Shown here: positions 1 through 6,914 of the stretch, piece after piece
How positions within the stretch are numbered: the stretch's first letter is position 1
How the letters are laid out: every line of letters starts with the position of its first letter
Origin: a virus
Taxonomy: Duplodnaviria > Caudoviricetes
IMG/VR virus record: IMGVR_UViG_3300047669_000297
Location: 1-37,396 of that record
Length of the DNA stretch: 37,396 bases
Direction: 5' to 3' (one strand)
Notes under the pieces: model-generated
The model's input: only the letters and a program-made list of their open reading frames with translations
What the model was told of the DNA's origin: nothing
Databases searched by the model: none
Program-made: the position numbers and the translations under genes

Positions 1-64
1 CACAACATCACCGTATTCATGCCTTATTTGTGTCTTATTTGTCCAGCATATTCTAAAAATCGAA
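1..64 (+). promoter_or_regulatory. Putative early promoter/operator module, copy 1
   Basis: Aligns with 911-975 at an offset of 910 (CACAAYAT...GCCTTATTTGTGYCTTATTT...YATATT..AAAAT). TTATT motifs recur about every 10-11 bp, upstream of ORF 91. Confidence 0.5.
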
Positions 65-90
65 TTAACCAAATAGTAGGGATTTAGATT

Positions 91-552
91 ATGACAAATC
101 AGAACTTCACTAGTGCAATTGAGTTGCAGGCCGTCATTAACAACCACGCTAAGGAGGCGCGCAAGGCAACCGGCGAGAAAAATACCGTTGAATTCATGCA
201 ATACTCTTTGTTTATTGCTGGCAACATATCCGAAAATATCAAACTCCGCACAAAGAAAGCGAAAGCAGTTAAGGAAATGCTAATAGAGGCGGGCCGGTCT
301 GATAGGAACGCGCAAACTATTGTTTCGGTAGTGTTCAATTCTAAAATTGGTAAGCTCGTAAAGGATTGCACCACTCCCCAGGACGTTGTTGACGTATTGG
401 CGGCCAACGAATTAGATAGTGTTAGCAAGCTTAAACGCTTTATCGCCGAACCAATCGACAAGGTCGCAAAATTATTAGAAGCAATCGCCAATCTTGAACA
501 GGATGAACGCGATAGTTTTGCCATAGGTTATGCGGAATTAGCCGCCGAATAG
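91..552 (+). CDS. Hypothetical early protein, 153 aa, predicted helical
   Basis: ORF with AGGG-type RBS; no recognised motif. Confidence 0.75.
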   Translation: MTNQNFTSAIELQAVINNHAKEARKATGEKNTVEFMQYSLFIAGNISENIKLRTKKAKAVKEMLIEAGRSDRNAQTIVSVVFNSKIGKLVKDCTTPQDVVDVLAANELDSVSKLKRFIAEPIDKVAKLLEAIANLEQDERDSFAIGYAELAAE

Positions 553-559
553 TTAAACA

Positions 560-609
560 ATGGAAGCGCCAGACGTTATAACTACAATATAACGTACGGG
601 CGTTTTCAT
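560..609 (+). other. Long imperfect RNA hairpin, candidate RNase III site or terminator
   Basis: Outer stem ATGGAAGCGCC/GGGCGTTTTCAT (with G-U pairs) encloses a perfect ACGTTATA/TATAACGT inner stem; intergenic. Confidence 0.55.
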
Positions 610-634
610 GGTTTAATTTATAAAAGGATTTATC

Positions 635-883
635 ATGCCTCAAATATCTCCCTATAGTACGGGCGTGCTTGCTGGTAAGCCGGACAAGGGTAAACGCAAG
701 CCTAAAAAATGGCGCGCGGCATTGCAAAGCCAGCAAACTATGGAAGCAAAGTCACGTGAGAATGCTGGATTTAATCGCGGTAAGCAAGCCAGCATCGCCA
801 GGCTACCTAATGGCGAACAAATTATTTTAATGCTACCGGCCAAGCGGCGGCGCGGTAGTAAGTACGCGGGCGGCTTATCCTAA
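635..883 (+). CDS. Hypothetical basic protein, 82 aa
   Basis: AAAAGGA RBS upstream; Lys/Arg-rich. Confidence 0.6.
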   Translation: MPQISPYSTGVLAGKPDKGKRKPKKWRAALQSQQTMEAKSRENAGFNRGKQASIARLPNGEQIILMLPAKRRRGSKYAGGLS

Positions 884-910
884 CAGCAAAAAAATAAAAA
901 GAAAAAGTGT

Positions 911-975
911 CACAATATGGTCTTATTGTCGCCTTATTTGTGCCTTATTTCCCATGTATATTTTTTAAAATAGAA
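911..975 (+). promoter_or_regulatory. Putative early promoter/operator module, copy 2
   Basis: Homologous to 1-64; TATATT -10-like hexamer and an A-tract upstream; precedes the cassette array. Confidence 0.5.
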
Positions 976-992
976 ACAAACACGAAGCGCTG

Positions 993-1018
993 GACTACAC
1001 TAGTGTAACAGAAAAGGA
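993..1018 (+). repeat. Junction repeat family 1, copy 1 (GACTACACTAGTGTAACAGAAAAGGA)
   Basis: Identical to 1187-1212; contains the perfect 12-bp palindrome TACACTAGTGTA and an RBS. Confidence 0.95.
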
Positions 1019-1028
1019 GCAAAATGTT

Positions 1029-1187
1029 ATGTTTAAAACAGATTCATCAATAAGGCGTTTTCTGAAATTACAGGAAAGCTTACACCAAAACGCGCCGCAA
1101 AAATTAGTGGACAGATATGGCATATATGTTTGGTGCGTGGCGCGTGAAGAATACCCGAAAACATTCAAGCAATGGTTAAACGATTAG
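1029..1187 (+). CDS. Hypothetical protein, 52 aa (MFKTDSSIRR...FKQWLND), not in ORF track
   Basis: Translated by hand; fills the gap between two family 1 repeats exactly, and its TAG overlaps the next repeat. Confidence 0.75.
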   Translation: MFKTDSSIRRFLKLQESLHQNAPQKLVDRYGIYVWCVAREEYPKTFKQWLND

Positions 1188-1212
1188 ACTACACTAGTGT
1201 AACAGAAAAGGA
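1187..1212 (+). repeat. Junction repeat family 1, copy 2
   Basis: 26/26 identical to 993-1018. Confidence 0.95.
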
Positions 1213-1220
1213 TTTAAAAA

Positions 1221-1505
1221 ATGACAACTAACTTGACAAATAACGAAATGAAATCAGAACTTTTAGAGAGTATAGGACAATTAACTAATTCACTTAAATC
1301 AAAGGTGACAGTGCTGGATGCTTTGGATCGAGATAATGAGTCGGGGCGTTTTGATTTGCACGACCAATTGACGACGTTTCATGAGCTAGCTGAGTCGCTG
1401 GCACAGGTCGTCAAACGTTCCTTGGCAATAGTTCCGGGAGGATTAGAAAAATGCAAAAACAAGCGCACTATAACAAGCGCACGCAATCATAGGATCGCTT
1501 ACTAG
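1221..1505 (+). CDS. Hypothetical protein, 94 aa; 3' end is a scrambled copy of the next gene's start
   Basis: ORF lies between repeats 2 and 3, with its RBS inside the repeat. Confidence 0.75.
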   Translation: MTTNLTNNEMKSELLESIGQLTNSLKSKVTVLDALDRDNESGRFDLHDQLTTFHELAESLAQVVKRSLAIVPGGLEKCKNKRTITSARNHRIAY

Positions 1506-1530
1506 ACTACACTAGTGTACTAGAAAAGGC
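1505..1530 (+). repeat. Junction repeat family 1, copy 3 (GACTACACTAGTGTACTAGAAAAGGC)
   Basis: 23/26 identical to copies 1 and 2; palindrome intact. Confidence 0.9.
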
Positions 1531-1538
1531 TTAGAAAA

Positions 1539-2333
1539 ATGCAAACTATAACAACACTGAAACAAGCGCACGCAATCATAGGATCGCTTGGCAAGCCTAG
1601 CAAAATGCCCGGTAATTCTTATGGCTTACCAGCAAGCAAGGCTGCATTTGTTCCTTCGATATGTAAACAGCGCGGCTTGCCTGTCCCGTTACAGTATGGC
1701 TGCGCCGTTGGTGCTGTACTAGCTGACACAGAAGGCACGGCGTGCGAGGGATGTTATGCTGACGACCGTGGAAATTACACCTACCCAAGCGTTCAGATAG
1801 CGCAAACCACGAGACTTGTAGGGCTGTACAATCCACAATGGGTTAAGGCTATGGTGTTTGTATTAAATAAGGCTTTCGACAAGCAATTCGCGGAAGCGTT
1901 GGAAGAACATCTTGACACGTTCTTTTGTAACGAACACCGGATGCCTAACAAGCAAGAGATGCAGGACTTGCATACAATGGCAAACCATGACGTTGCTTTT
2001 ATGCGCTGGCATGATAGTGGTGACTTGCTAGATGTGTGGCATCTTCATATGCTGTACGACGTAGCAGAGCAAACGCCATTCCTAAAGCATTGGATACCCG
2101 TGCAAGATAGTCAGATTGTTGCAAGGTCTGACCGTGCTACACCTAGCAACATGGTTATCCGTCACAGTAGCGTATATGTTAACGGTAAATTCAAACCAAG
2201 ATGGAAGCATGTGTCTGGTGTAACAACCAAACACAACGAAACGTGTCACGCATTACGAAACAATAACGAATGTGGCGACTGCCGCAAGTGTTGGGATGTT
2301 AGTGTGTATGCAGTAACATATCCAAAACACTAG
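1539..2333 (+). CDS. GP88-like Cys-rich phage protein
   Basis: Motifs KPSKMPG, CxxCYA, RWHDSGD and C-terminal CGDCRKCW, as recalled for the gene product 88 family. Confidence 0.75.
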   Translation: MQTITTLKQAHAIIGSLGKPSKMPGNSYGLPASKAAFVPSICKQRGLPVPLQYGCAVGAVLADTEGTACEGCYADDRGNYTYPSVQIAQTTRLVGLYNPQWVKAMVFVLNKAFDKQFAEALEEHLDTFFCNEHRMPNKQEMQDLHTMANHDVAFMRWHDSGDLLDVWHLHMLYDVAEQTPFLKHWIPVQDSQIVARSDRATPSNMVIRHSSVYVNGKFKPRWKHVSGVTTKHNETCHALRNNNECGDCRKCWDVSVYAVTYPKH

Positions 2334-2387
2334 AAGCAAGCGTTAAAATAAACCAACCACGCAACACAAATTAAAAGGTAAAATATT

Positions 2388-2537
2388 ATGACAAAAACAC
2401 CTCAAACGGAACAAGCGAAAACGGACAAGGCAGCGGCGCGCAAAAAATGGTTTAACGATCATATGATTATCATAGGGCCGGACAAAGAAACGGAACAAAA
2501 GATCACGACCGCGCTGCGCGACAAGGTGTCAAAATAA
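2388..2537 (+). CDS. Hypothetical protein, 49 aa (MTKTPQTEQ...ITTALRDKVSK), not in ORF track
   Basis: Translated by hand; AAAAGG RBS; shares both termini with the Ala-rich ORFs. Confidence 0.7.
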   Translation: MTKTPQTEQAKTDKAAARKKWFNDHMIIIGPDKETEQKITTALRDKVSK

Positions 2538-2573
2538 ACCAACCACGCAACACAAGCCAAAAGGTAAAATATT

Positions 2574-2828
2574 ATGACTAAAACACTAAAAGAATTGAAA
2601 GCTGCTTATGATGCTGCTGATGCTGCTTATGCTGCTGCTGATGCTGGTGCTGCTGCTGCTGCTGATGCTGTTGATGCTGCCGTTGATGCTGCTGCTTATG
2701 CTGCTGCTGCTTATGCTGCTGATGCTGCTGCTGATGCTGCTGATGCTGCTCGCGCTGCTGCTATTGATGCTTATGCTGCTTATGCTGCTGCTTATGCTGC
2801 TGCTTTACGCGACAAGGTGTCAAAATAA
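2574..2828 (+). CDS. Ala-rich low-complexity protein, copy 1 (84 aa, 46 Ala)
   Basis: RBS and ATG lie in the family 2 repeat; the body is a degenerate (GCT)n tract. Confidence 0.7.
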   Translation: MTKTLKELKAAYDAADAAYAAADAGAAAAADAVDAAVDAAAYAAAAYAADAAADAADAARAAAIDAYAAYAAAYAAALRDKVSK

Positions 2829-2861
2829 ACCAACCACACAACATAGAAAAAGGAAAAGACT

Positions 2862-3119
2862 ATGGCAAGCTTTAGACCAATGTTTCACTTTGGCGAGAAC
2901 GAAATTAAAGGCAACGCGCAACGCTTTGCTACTCGTGACGAGGCGGAGGGTAGCGCGAGCGAGCGGTTCCGAAACTGGTACATGCCCACGGATTGGTCTG
3001 TGGAAAAGAGCAATGATCCTGTGAATTACATCTGGATGTCCCATACTGGTGACGTTAGTCTTTGTACAACAGAAGACTTTGAGTTGTACTGTGCTAAACG
3101 TGCAGAAGATGAAGATTAA
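2862..3119 (+). CDS. Hypothetical protein, 85 aa (NAQRFATRDEAE...DPVNYIW)
   Basis: AAAGGA RBS; lies between the duplicated Ala-rich genes. Confidence 0.8.
   Translation: MASFRPMFHFGENEIKGNAQRFATRDEAEGSASERFRNWYMPTDWSVEKSNDPVNYIWMSHTGDVSLCTTEDFELYCAKRAEDED
3068..3107 (+). repeat. 40-bp exact inverted repeat of 35764-35803
   Basis: AACAGAAGACTTTGAGTTGTACTGTGCTAAACGTGCAGAA; the flanking bases mismatch on both sides. Confidence 0.95.
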
Positions 3120-3133
3120 AAAGGTAAAATATT

Positions 3134-3361
3134 ATGACTAAAACACTAAAAGAATTAAAAGCTGCTTCAGCTGCTGCTGATGCTGCTTATGCTGGTGCTG
3201 CTGCTGCTGCTGATGCTGTTGATGATGCTGCTTATGCTGCTGCTTATGCTGCTGATGCTGCTGCTGATGCTGTTGATGCTGCTCGCGCTGCTGCTATTGA
3301 TGCTTATGCTGCTTATGCTGCTGCTTATGCTGCTGCTTTACGCGACAAGGTGTCAAAATAA
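3134..3361 (+). CDS. Ala-rich low-complexity protein, copy 2 (75 aa)
   Basis: Paralogue of 2574-2828; differs by in-frame indels and a few substitutions. Confidence 0.7.
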   Translation: MTKTLKELKAASAAADAAYAGAAAAADAVDDAAYAAAYAADAAADAVDAARAAAIDAYAAYAAAYAAALRDKVSK

Positions 3362-3397
3362 ACCAAGCACTCAACACAAATTAAAAGGATTTAAAAA

Positions 3398-3607
3398 ATG
3401 ACATATGTATCAATTCACCGTGCTTCTTCGTTACTAATAAAAACCAGCACTGTAAAACTAGGAAATGGGGTGGCTACAGATACCCTGAACATCGAAGTGA
3501 TTGACGAATCTGGTAGCCTTACATGTGTAACTATCTTCGTTGGTAAAAAGACAGCCTTATCCAACCCAACTAAATGGGACAACATCCAACTCATAAACCA
3601 AGTATAG
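3398..3607 (+). CDS. Hypothetical protein, 69 aa
   Basis: RBS in the last family 2 repeat. Confidence 0.7.
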   Translation: MTYVSIHRASSLLIKTSTVKLGNGVATDTLNIEVIDESGSLTCVTIFVGKKTALSNPTKWDNIQLINQV

Positions 3608-3617
3608 GAAACAGACA

Positions 3618-3881
3618 ATGCCTACAAATTTTATACTCAAGTGCGAAGACTGCAACGGTAGTGGAGACGTATGCTATGGCGACTATGGCGGCGCAGAAGG
3701 TACGTCTCACCCATGCGAATACTGCGAAGGGACGGGCGTTAAATGGTGCAGCGATTACTACCCTTCGCAACACGCTTTGTTGCTAGATGTACCGCACGCA
3801 ATGACACTGAAACAATGCCGCAGCGTGCTAGGTACTGAGCCAAACTGGCCGCCAGAGAAAAACTCACGGGGTGATTTTTAA
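3618..3881 (+). CDS. DnaJ-type zinc-finger protein
   Basis: Two CxxCxGxG motifs (CEDCNGSG, CEYCEGTG); AGGA RBS. Confidence 0.7.
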   Translation: MPTNFILKCEDCNGSGDVCYGDYGGAEGTSHPCEYCEGTGVKWCSDYYPSQHALLLDVPHAMTLKQCRSVLGTEPNWPPEKNSRGDF

Positions 3882-3882
3882 A

Positions 3883-4098
3883 ATGGAAAAGAAACTAATA
3901 ACTTTAGTAGAGAAGCAACGACCACTAGCAACGGGCAGCATCCAGCATTACTACGAAGTCTCTACCCTACGAAATACGTGCGAGTTTCATATCGGCGAGG
4001 TAATAAAACCAACAAAGGTCCGCGCCATGTGTATGGATAGAGACAGCTATAGAGTAGCAATAAGAGGTGAGAAGCATAGGAAGGACAACGAATGTTAG
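3883..4098 (+). CDS. Hypothetical protein (likely start ATG 3883)
   Basis: Tightly packed ORF; GGGGTG RBS-like sequence. Confidence 0.6.
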   Translation: MEKKLITLVEKQRPLATGSIQHYYEVSTLRNTCEFHIGEVIKPTKVRAMCMDRDSYRVAIRGEKHRKDNEC

Positions 4099-4256
4099 AT
4101 ATACCATATGAAACGTGGGAAGATGCTTACATAAGAAACATAAAACCTCTACCACTATGGTGGAGTTGCGAAGAGAATAAAAGAAAAGAGTATGACGCAT
4201 TTAAAAAGTTTGTTGTAACAGGAAAAGTCGAGGTGAAAGATTATGATAGAAGCTAA
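4092..4256 (+). CDS. Hypothetical protein, 54 aa (MLDIPYETW...), not in ORF track
   Basis: Translated by hand; AAGGA RBS; overlaps both neighbours. Confidence 0.6.
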   Translation: MLDIPYETWEDAYIRNIKPLPLWWSCEENKRKEYDAFKKFVVTGKVEVKDYDRS

Positions 4257-4533
4257 CAAAAAAAATATTGACTCTTTAACAGAACATAAAGAACAAGTCA
4301 CAGCATACATTGAACATTCGCCTAACTATGAGAGAAAAGAAGTATGCTCCCGAATATTTTGGAGAGAAGAAACAGATAAATTAAAGAGGGAGTTTATTGC
4401 ATCTATGATAAATTTAATAGTAGGTACTAGGGATAATATAATTATCACCCGCTGCCCTGTTACCGGGGAAACTGTGGATAAGGACAAGGAGATGACCATC
4501 TATGCTTGGACAGGCGAAGGAGTAAAGAAATGA
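4243..4533 (+). CDS. Hypothetical protein, 96 aa
   Basis: GAGGTG RBS. Confidence 0.7.
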   Translation: MIEANKKNIDSLTEHKEQVTAYIEHSPNYERKEVCSRIFWREETDKLKREFIASMINLIVGTRDNIIITRCPVTGETVDKDKEMTIYAWTGEGVKK

Positions 4534-4853
4534 AAAAGTTTACAGCTAGATACACACTGGTTTTAACTTTATTGGTTATAACTATTAGCGGCTGTGCGCC
4601 AATACTTTTAGCTGGTGGTGCTATTTTTGGAGCTAAAGGTTATGTCGATGACAAGGTTCAAGAAGAGCAGTTAGGAAACAACTTAAAGAAAATCGACAGT
4701 AACCTTTTGAAAAGTAAGGAGAACAAAAATAACATAGATACTTTACACAAAAAGATAAAGATGTTAGAAAGCACAGTAATTAGTTTACAAAAAGAGCTAC
4801 TCGAAAAATCACAACCAACCCAAGCTAAAGGAGATGAGAATGTTATTCAGTAA
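4530..4853 (+). CDS. Putative lipoprotein with coiled coil
   Basis: Start ATG 4530 (ATGA overlap, AAGGAG RBS); MKK, a hydrophobic stretch, then an ISGC lipobox. Confidence 0.7.
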   Translation: MKKFTARYTLVLTLLVITISGCAPILLAGGAIFGAKGYVDDKVQEEQLGNNLKKIDSNLLKSKENKNNIDTLHKKIKMLESTVISLQKELLEKSQPTQAKGDENVIQ

Positions 4854-5787
4854 TCAGGATGCACGTTTTAAATCCACACCAGTTACAGAAGGAAGTGATA
4901 TGCTAGATCATCTTACCACTAAAAACGATAGAGAAATATTCTTTGGGGTTTATGAGCAAGGCGTAGTAGGTGAGGCAACTGGATGCGGAGCTGACCACCA
5001 CAAAATGTTGACGCGAGGTGACGGTATCGCGGAAGAGGAAGGTTTTCTATCTGTAGTGAAGGCTGGTTATAGGATAGTAGAGAATGAAGAAATACTTATG
5101 CCTCTACAAGAACAGATGATTAACTACTTTGATCCTACAGTCTTGGCAGATGTTCAAATAAAAGACCACATTGCTAAGAATGGTGCCGTATGTTTCTCAG
5201 AATACGTCTTTCCTAGCATAAAGAAACCTGTCGAGACAGACACTGGACATAAAACAGATATGATGCTTAGATTTATTCTGAAGAATACTTTTAATGGATC
5301 ATCTTCTGTTGTCTTTTATGGTGGTCTAATAGATGCTTTCTGTACGAATGGTATGATCTTAGGTGATTATGATGTAACCAGACGTAAGCACACAAAGAAC
5401 TTTACTGTAGATGGTTTCATTAAAGCCTTTGATGATTGTATGGTTAACTATAAAAGTGTAGTGGATAAGTATCAGAAATGGGCAGACACTAAGATTAGTT
5501 ACAAGCATAACATACCGCTCTTGTTTTCTGAACTAACTAACAACAAAAACCCTAAGAAGAAAAATACTTTAGCGGATAGGTTGTATGCTCAATACGCCGA
5601 TGAAGTTACTGATCGAGGTAGTAATTTATTCGCCCTTACGTCAGCTATAACACACTATGCCAGCCACAATGATGCTAGGTTCCCTTTGCGTAGCAATGCA
5701 GACAGTGATAGTTTATTTAAGCGGCAAGAAACTGTACGCAAATGGTTCAAGTCTAAAACATTTGAAGACTTTCTTGAAGCAGCATAA
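4840..5787 (+). CDS. DUF932/DUF945-like phage protein
   Basis: Motifs SVVKAGYRIVEN, LKNTFNGSSS, CTNGM, KHT and LFALTSAITHYASH; RBS spacing favours start 4840 over 4834. Confidence 0.8.
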   Translation: MLFSNQDARFKSTPVTEGSDMLDHLTTKNDREIFFGVYEQGVVGEATGCGADHHKMLTRGDGIAEEEGFLSVVKAGYRIVENEEILMPLQEQMINYFDPTVLADVQIKDHIAKNGAVCFSEYVFPSIKKPVETDTGHKTDMMLRFILKNTFNGSSSVVFYGGLIDAFCTNGMILGDYDVTRRKHTKNFTVDGFIKAFDDCMVNYKSVVDKYQKWADTKISYKHNIPLLFSELTNNKNPKKKNTLADRLYAQYADEVTDRGSNLFALTSAITHYASHNDARFPLRSNADSDSLFKRQETVRKWFKSKTFEDFLEAA

Positions 5788-5815
5788 TAACAAGTAGATT
5801 AGGAAGGAAGTTAAG

Positions 5816-5953
5816 ATGGTTTATAATTATAAAACCCATGAGGAAATTCCACCTTTCATGAAGGATTATATTCTAGGTGTCGCTGACTGTACTGCTATAG
5901 AGCAGCTAGACTTAGACGACATCAACGACTTTCTAAATGGCCTTATAAACTAA
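5816..5953 (+). CDS. Hypothetical acidic protein, 45 aa, not in ORF track
   Basis: Translated by hand (MVYNYKTHEEIPP...); AGGAAGGA RBS. Confidence 0.65.
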   Translation: MVYNYKTHEEIPPFMKDYILGVADCTAIEQLDLDDINDFLNGLIN

Positions 5954-5961
5954 GGGTCGCT

Positions 5962-5995
5962 GGGGCAGGTTTATTTAAGTCAATAGACCTGTCCC
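5962..5995 (+). terminator. Hairpin, terminator or processing site
   Basis: GGGGCAGGTTTATT/AATAGACCTGTCCC 14-bp stem with G-U pairs; weak U tail. Confidence 0.5.
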
Positions 5996-6033
5996 TTCTA
6001 CCAAACCAACCCAATTAGTATTGGAGAACCACC

Positions 6034-6324
6034 ATGAAAAGGATAAAGTTATTCCAAGACATAGCCTTAAAATACGAGCGTAAAGAGAAAGGTTCTTTTA
6101 TAAGTCTGTACGAAGATAGTATAACACATCCACCATTCTTAATTGCTGACGTTAACCTGAAAGATTTGGTTTGGGAAACGCTAGACACAAAGGCATTAAA
6201 AGGAATAGAAAAAAAATATATTCAGAATGTTGTAAAAGACCTAGATGAAATAAAAGAAACTCTGCTTGCCCACATAGCAACTTCCCATGAGCATCCTGAC
6301 TTTGGTTTTGGAGATAACACATGA
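6034..6324 (+). CDS. Hypothetical protein, 96 aa
   Basis: GGAG RBS. Confidence 0.7.
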   Translation: MKRIKLFQDIALKYERKEKGSFISLYEDSITHPPFLIADVNLKDLVWETLDTKALKGIEKKYIQNVVKDLDEIKETLLAHIATSHEHPDFGFGDNT

Positions 6325-6599
6325 TGAGTTATAATCTAAGCGCAGTAATAAGAGACTTATCTCTTAGTAGTAATGAGAATAAACTAATAGACCCAGATAG
6401 AATTAAACTAGGTCTACTTAAAATAATAGAAGAGGATAAGCAGAATGATGCTTACATCATAGCAACTCTTAACGAAACACTAGACAAGGTAAACGATATT
6501 GTTTTTCTAAGCCTAGCACAAGAACAAAAGCTACATGATTTAGCTACAAGAATAAAAGTATTGAGAGATGAGGTACTTAGGATTCATAAGGACAGGTAA
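6321..6599 (+). CDS. Hypothetical protein, 92 aa
   Basis: ATGA overlap with the previous gene; GGAG RBS. Confidence 0.7.
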   Translation: MMSYNLSAVIRDLSLSSNENKLIDPDRIKLGLLKIIEEDKQNDAYIIATLNETLDKVNDIVFLSLAQEQKLHDLATRIKVLRDEVLRIHKDR

Positions 6600-6605
6600 G
6601 TAAAA

Positions 6606-6785
6606 ATGAAACATCTGTGGGAAAAAGATAGAAAAACAATTTATAAGGAACTATTAGATTTATATCTTGATGAAGGTTATTCTAAAAAAGAAGCCAGACG
6701 ATTAGCAACAGAGGAGACAGCTGAAATAAAAGCGGGTGACTTTTCTTTTGTGTCTAACATAATGGATGAGCAAGAAGATTGTTAA
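6606..6785 (+). CDS. Hypothetical protein, 59 aa (…EGYSKKEARRLA…), not in ORF track
   Basis: Translated by hand; AGGT RBS. Confidence 0.7.
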   Translation: MKHLWEKDRKTIYKELLDLYLDEGYSKKEARRLATEETAEIKAGDFSFVSNIMDEQEDC

Positions 6786-6914
6786 GATTTGTCTTATAGC
6801 CCTCTCATACGCGAACAATTTTTTAAGTGATTGATTTTAATATATAAAAATAAATTGTTGATTAAGTTTTTAAGGTATGTTATTTAGTTATTCACCACTA
6901 ACTAAGAGGAAAAA

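Larger units (their letters stand above)
2345..3403 (+). repeat. Junction repeat family 2, five full or partial copies (about 2345, 2518, 2808, 3115, 3341)
   Basis: Consensus CGCGACAAGGTGTCAAAATAAACCAACCACGCAACACAAATTAAAAGGTAAAATATTATGAC spans the end of one ORF, the spacer, the RBS and the start of the next ORF. Confidence 0.9.

Noticed and set aside
2574-3361. Type I antifreeze protein
   Set aside because: The proteins are Ala-rich but lack the 11-residue Thr periodicity.
2608-3401. Poly-Leu/Met ORFs 2608-3024 and 3180-3401
   Set aside because: These are alternative-frame readings of the (GCT)n tract with no RBS; the Ala frame has the RBS and conserved ends.
993-3403. CRISPR array or mini-array
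   Set aside because: The intervals are about 150-300 bp or more, unequal, and each encodes an ORF with its RBS inside the repeat. No cas operon is present.
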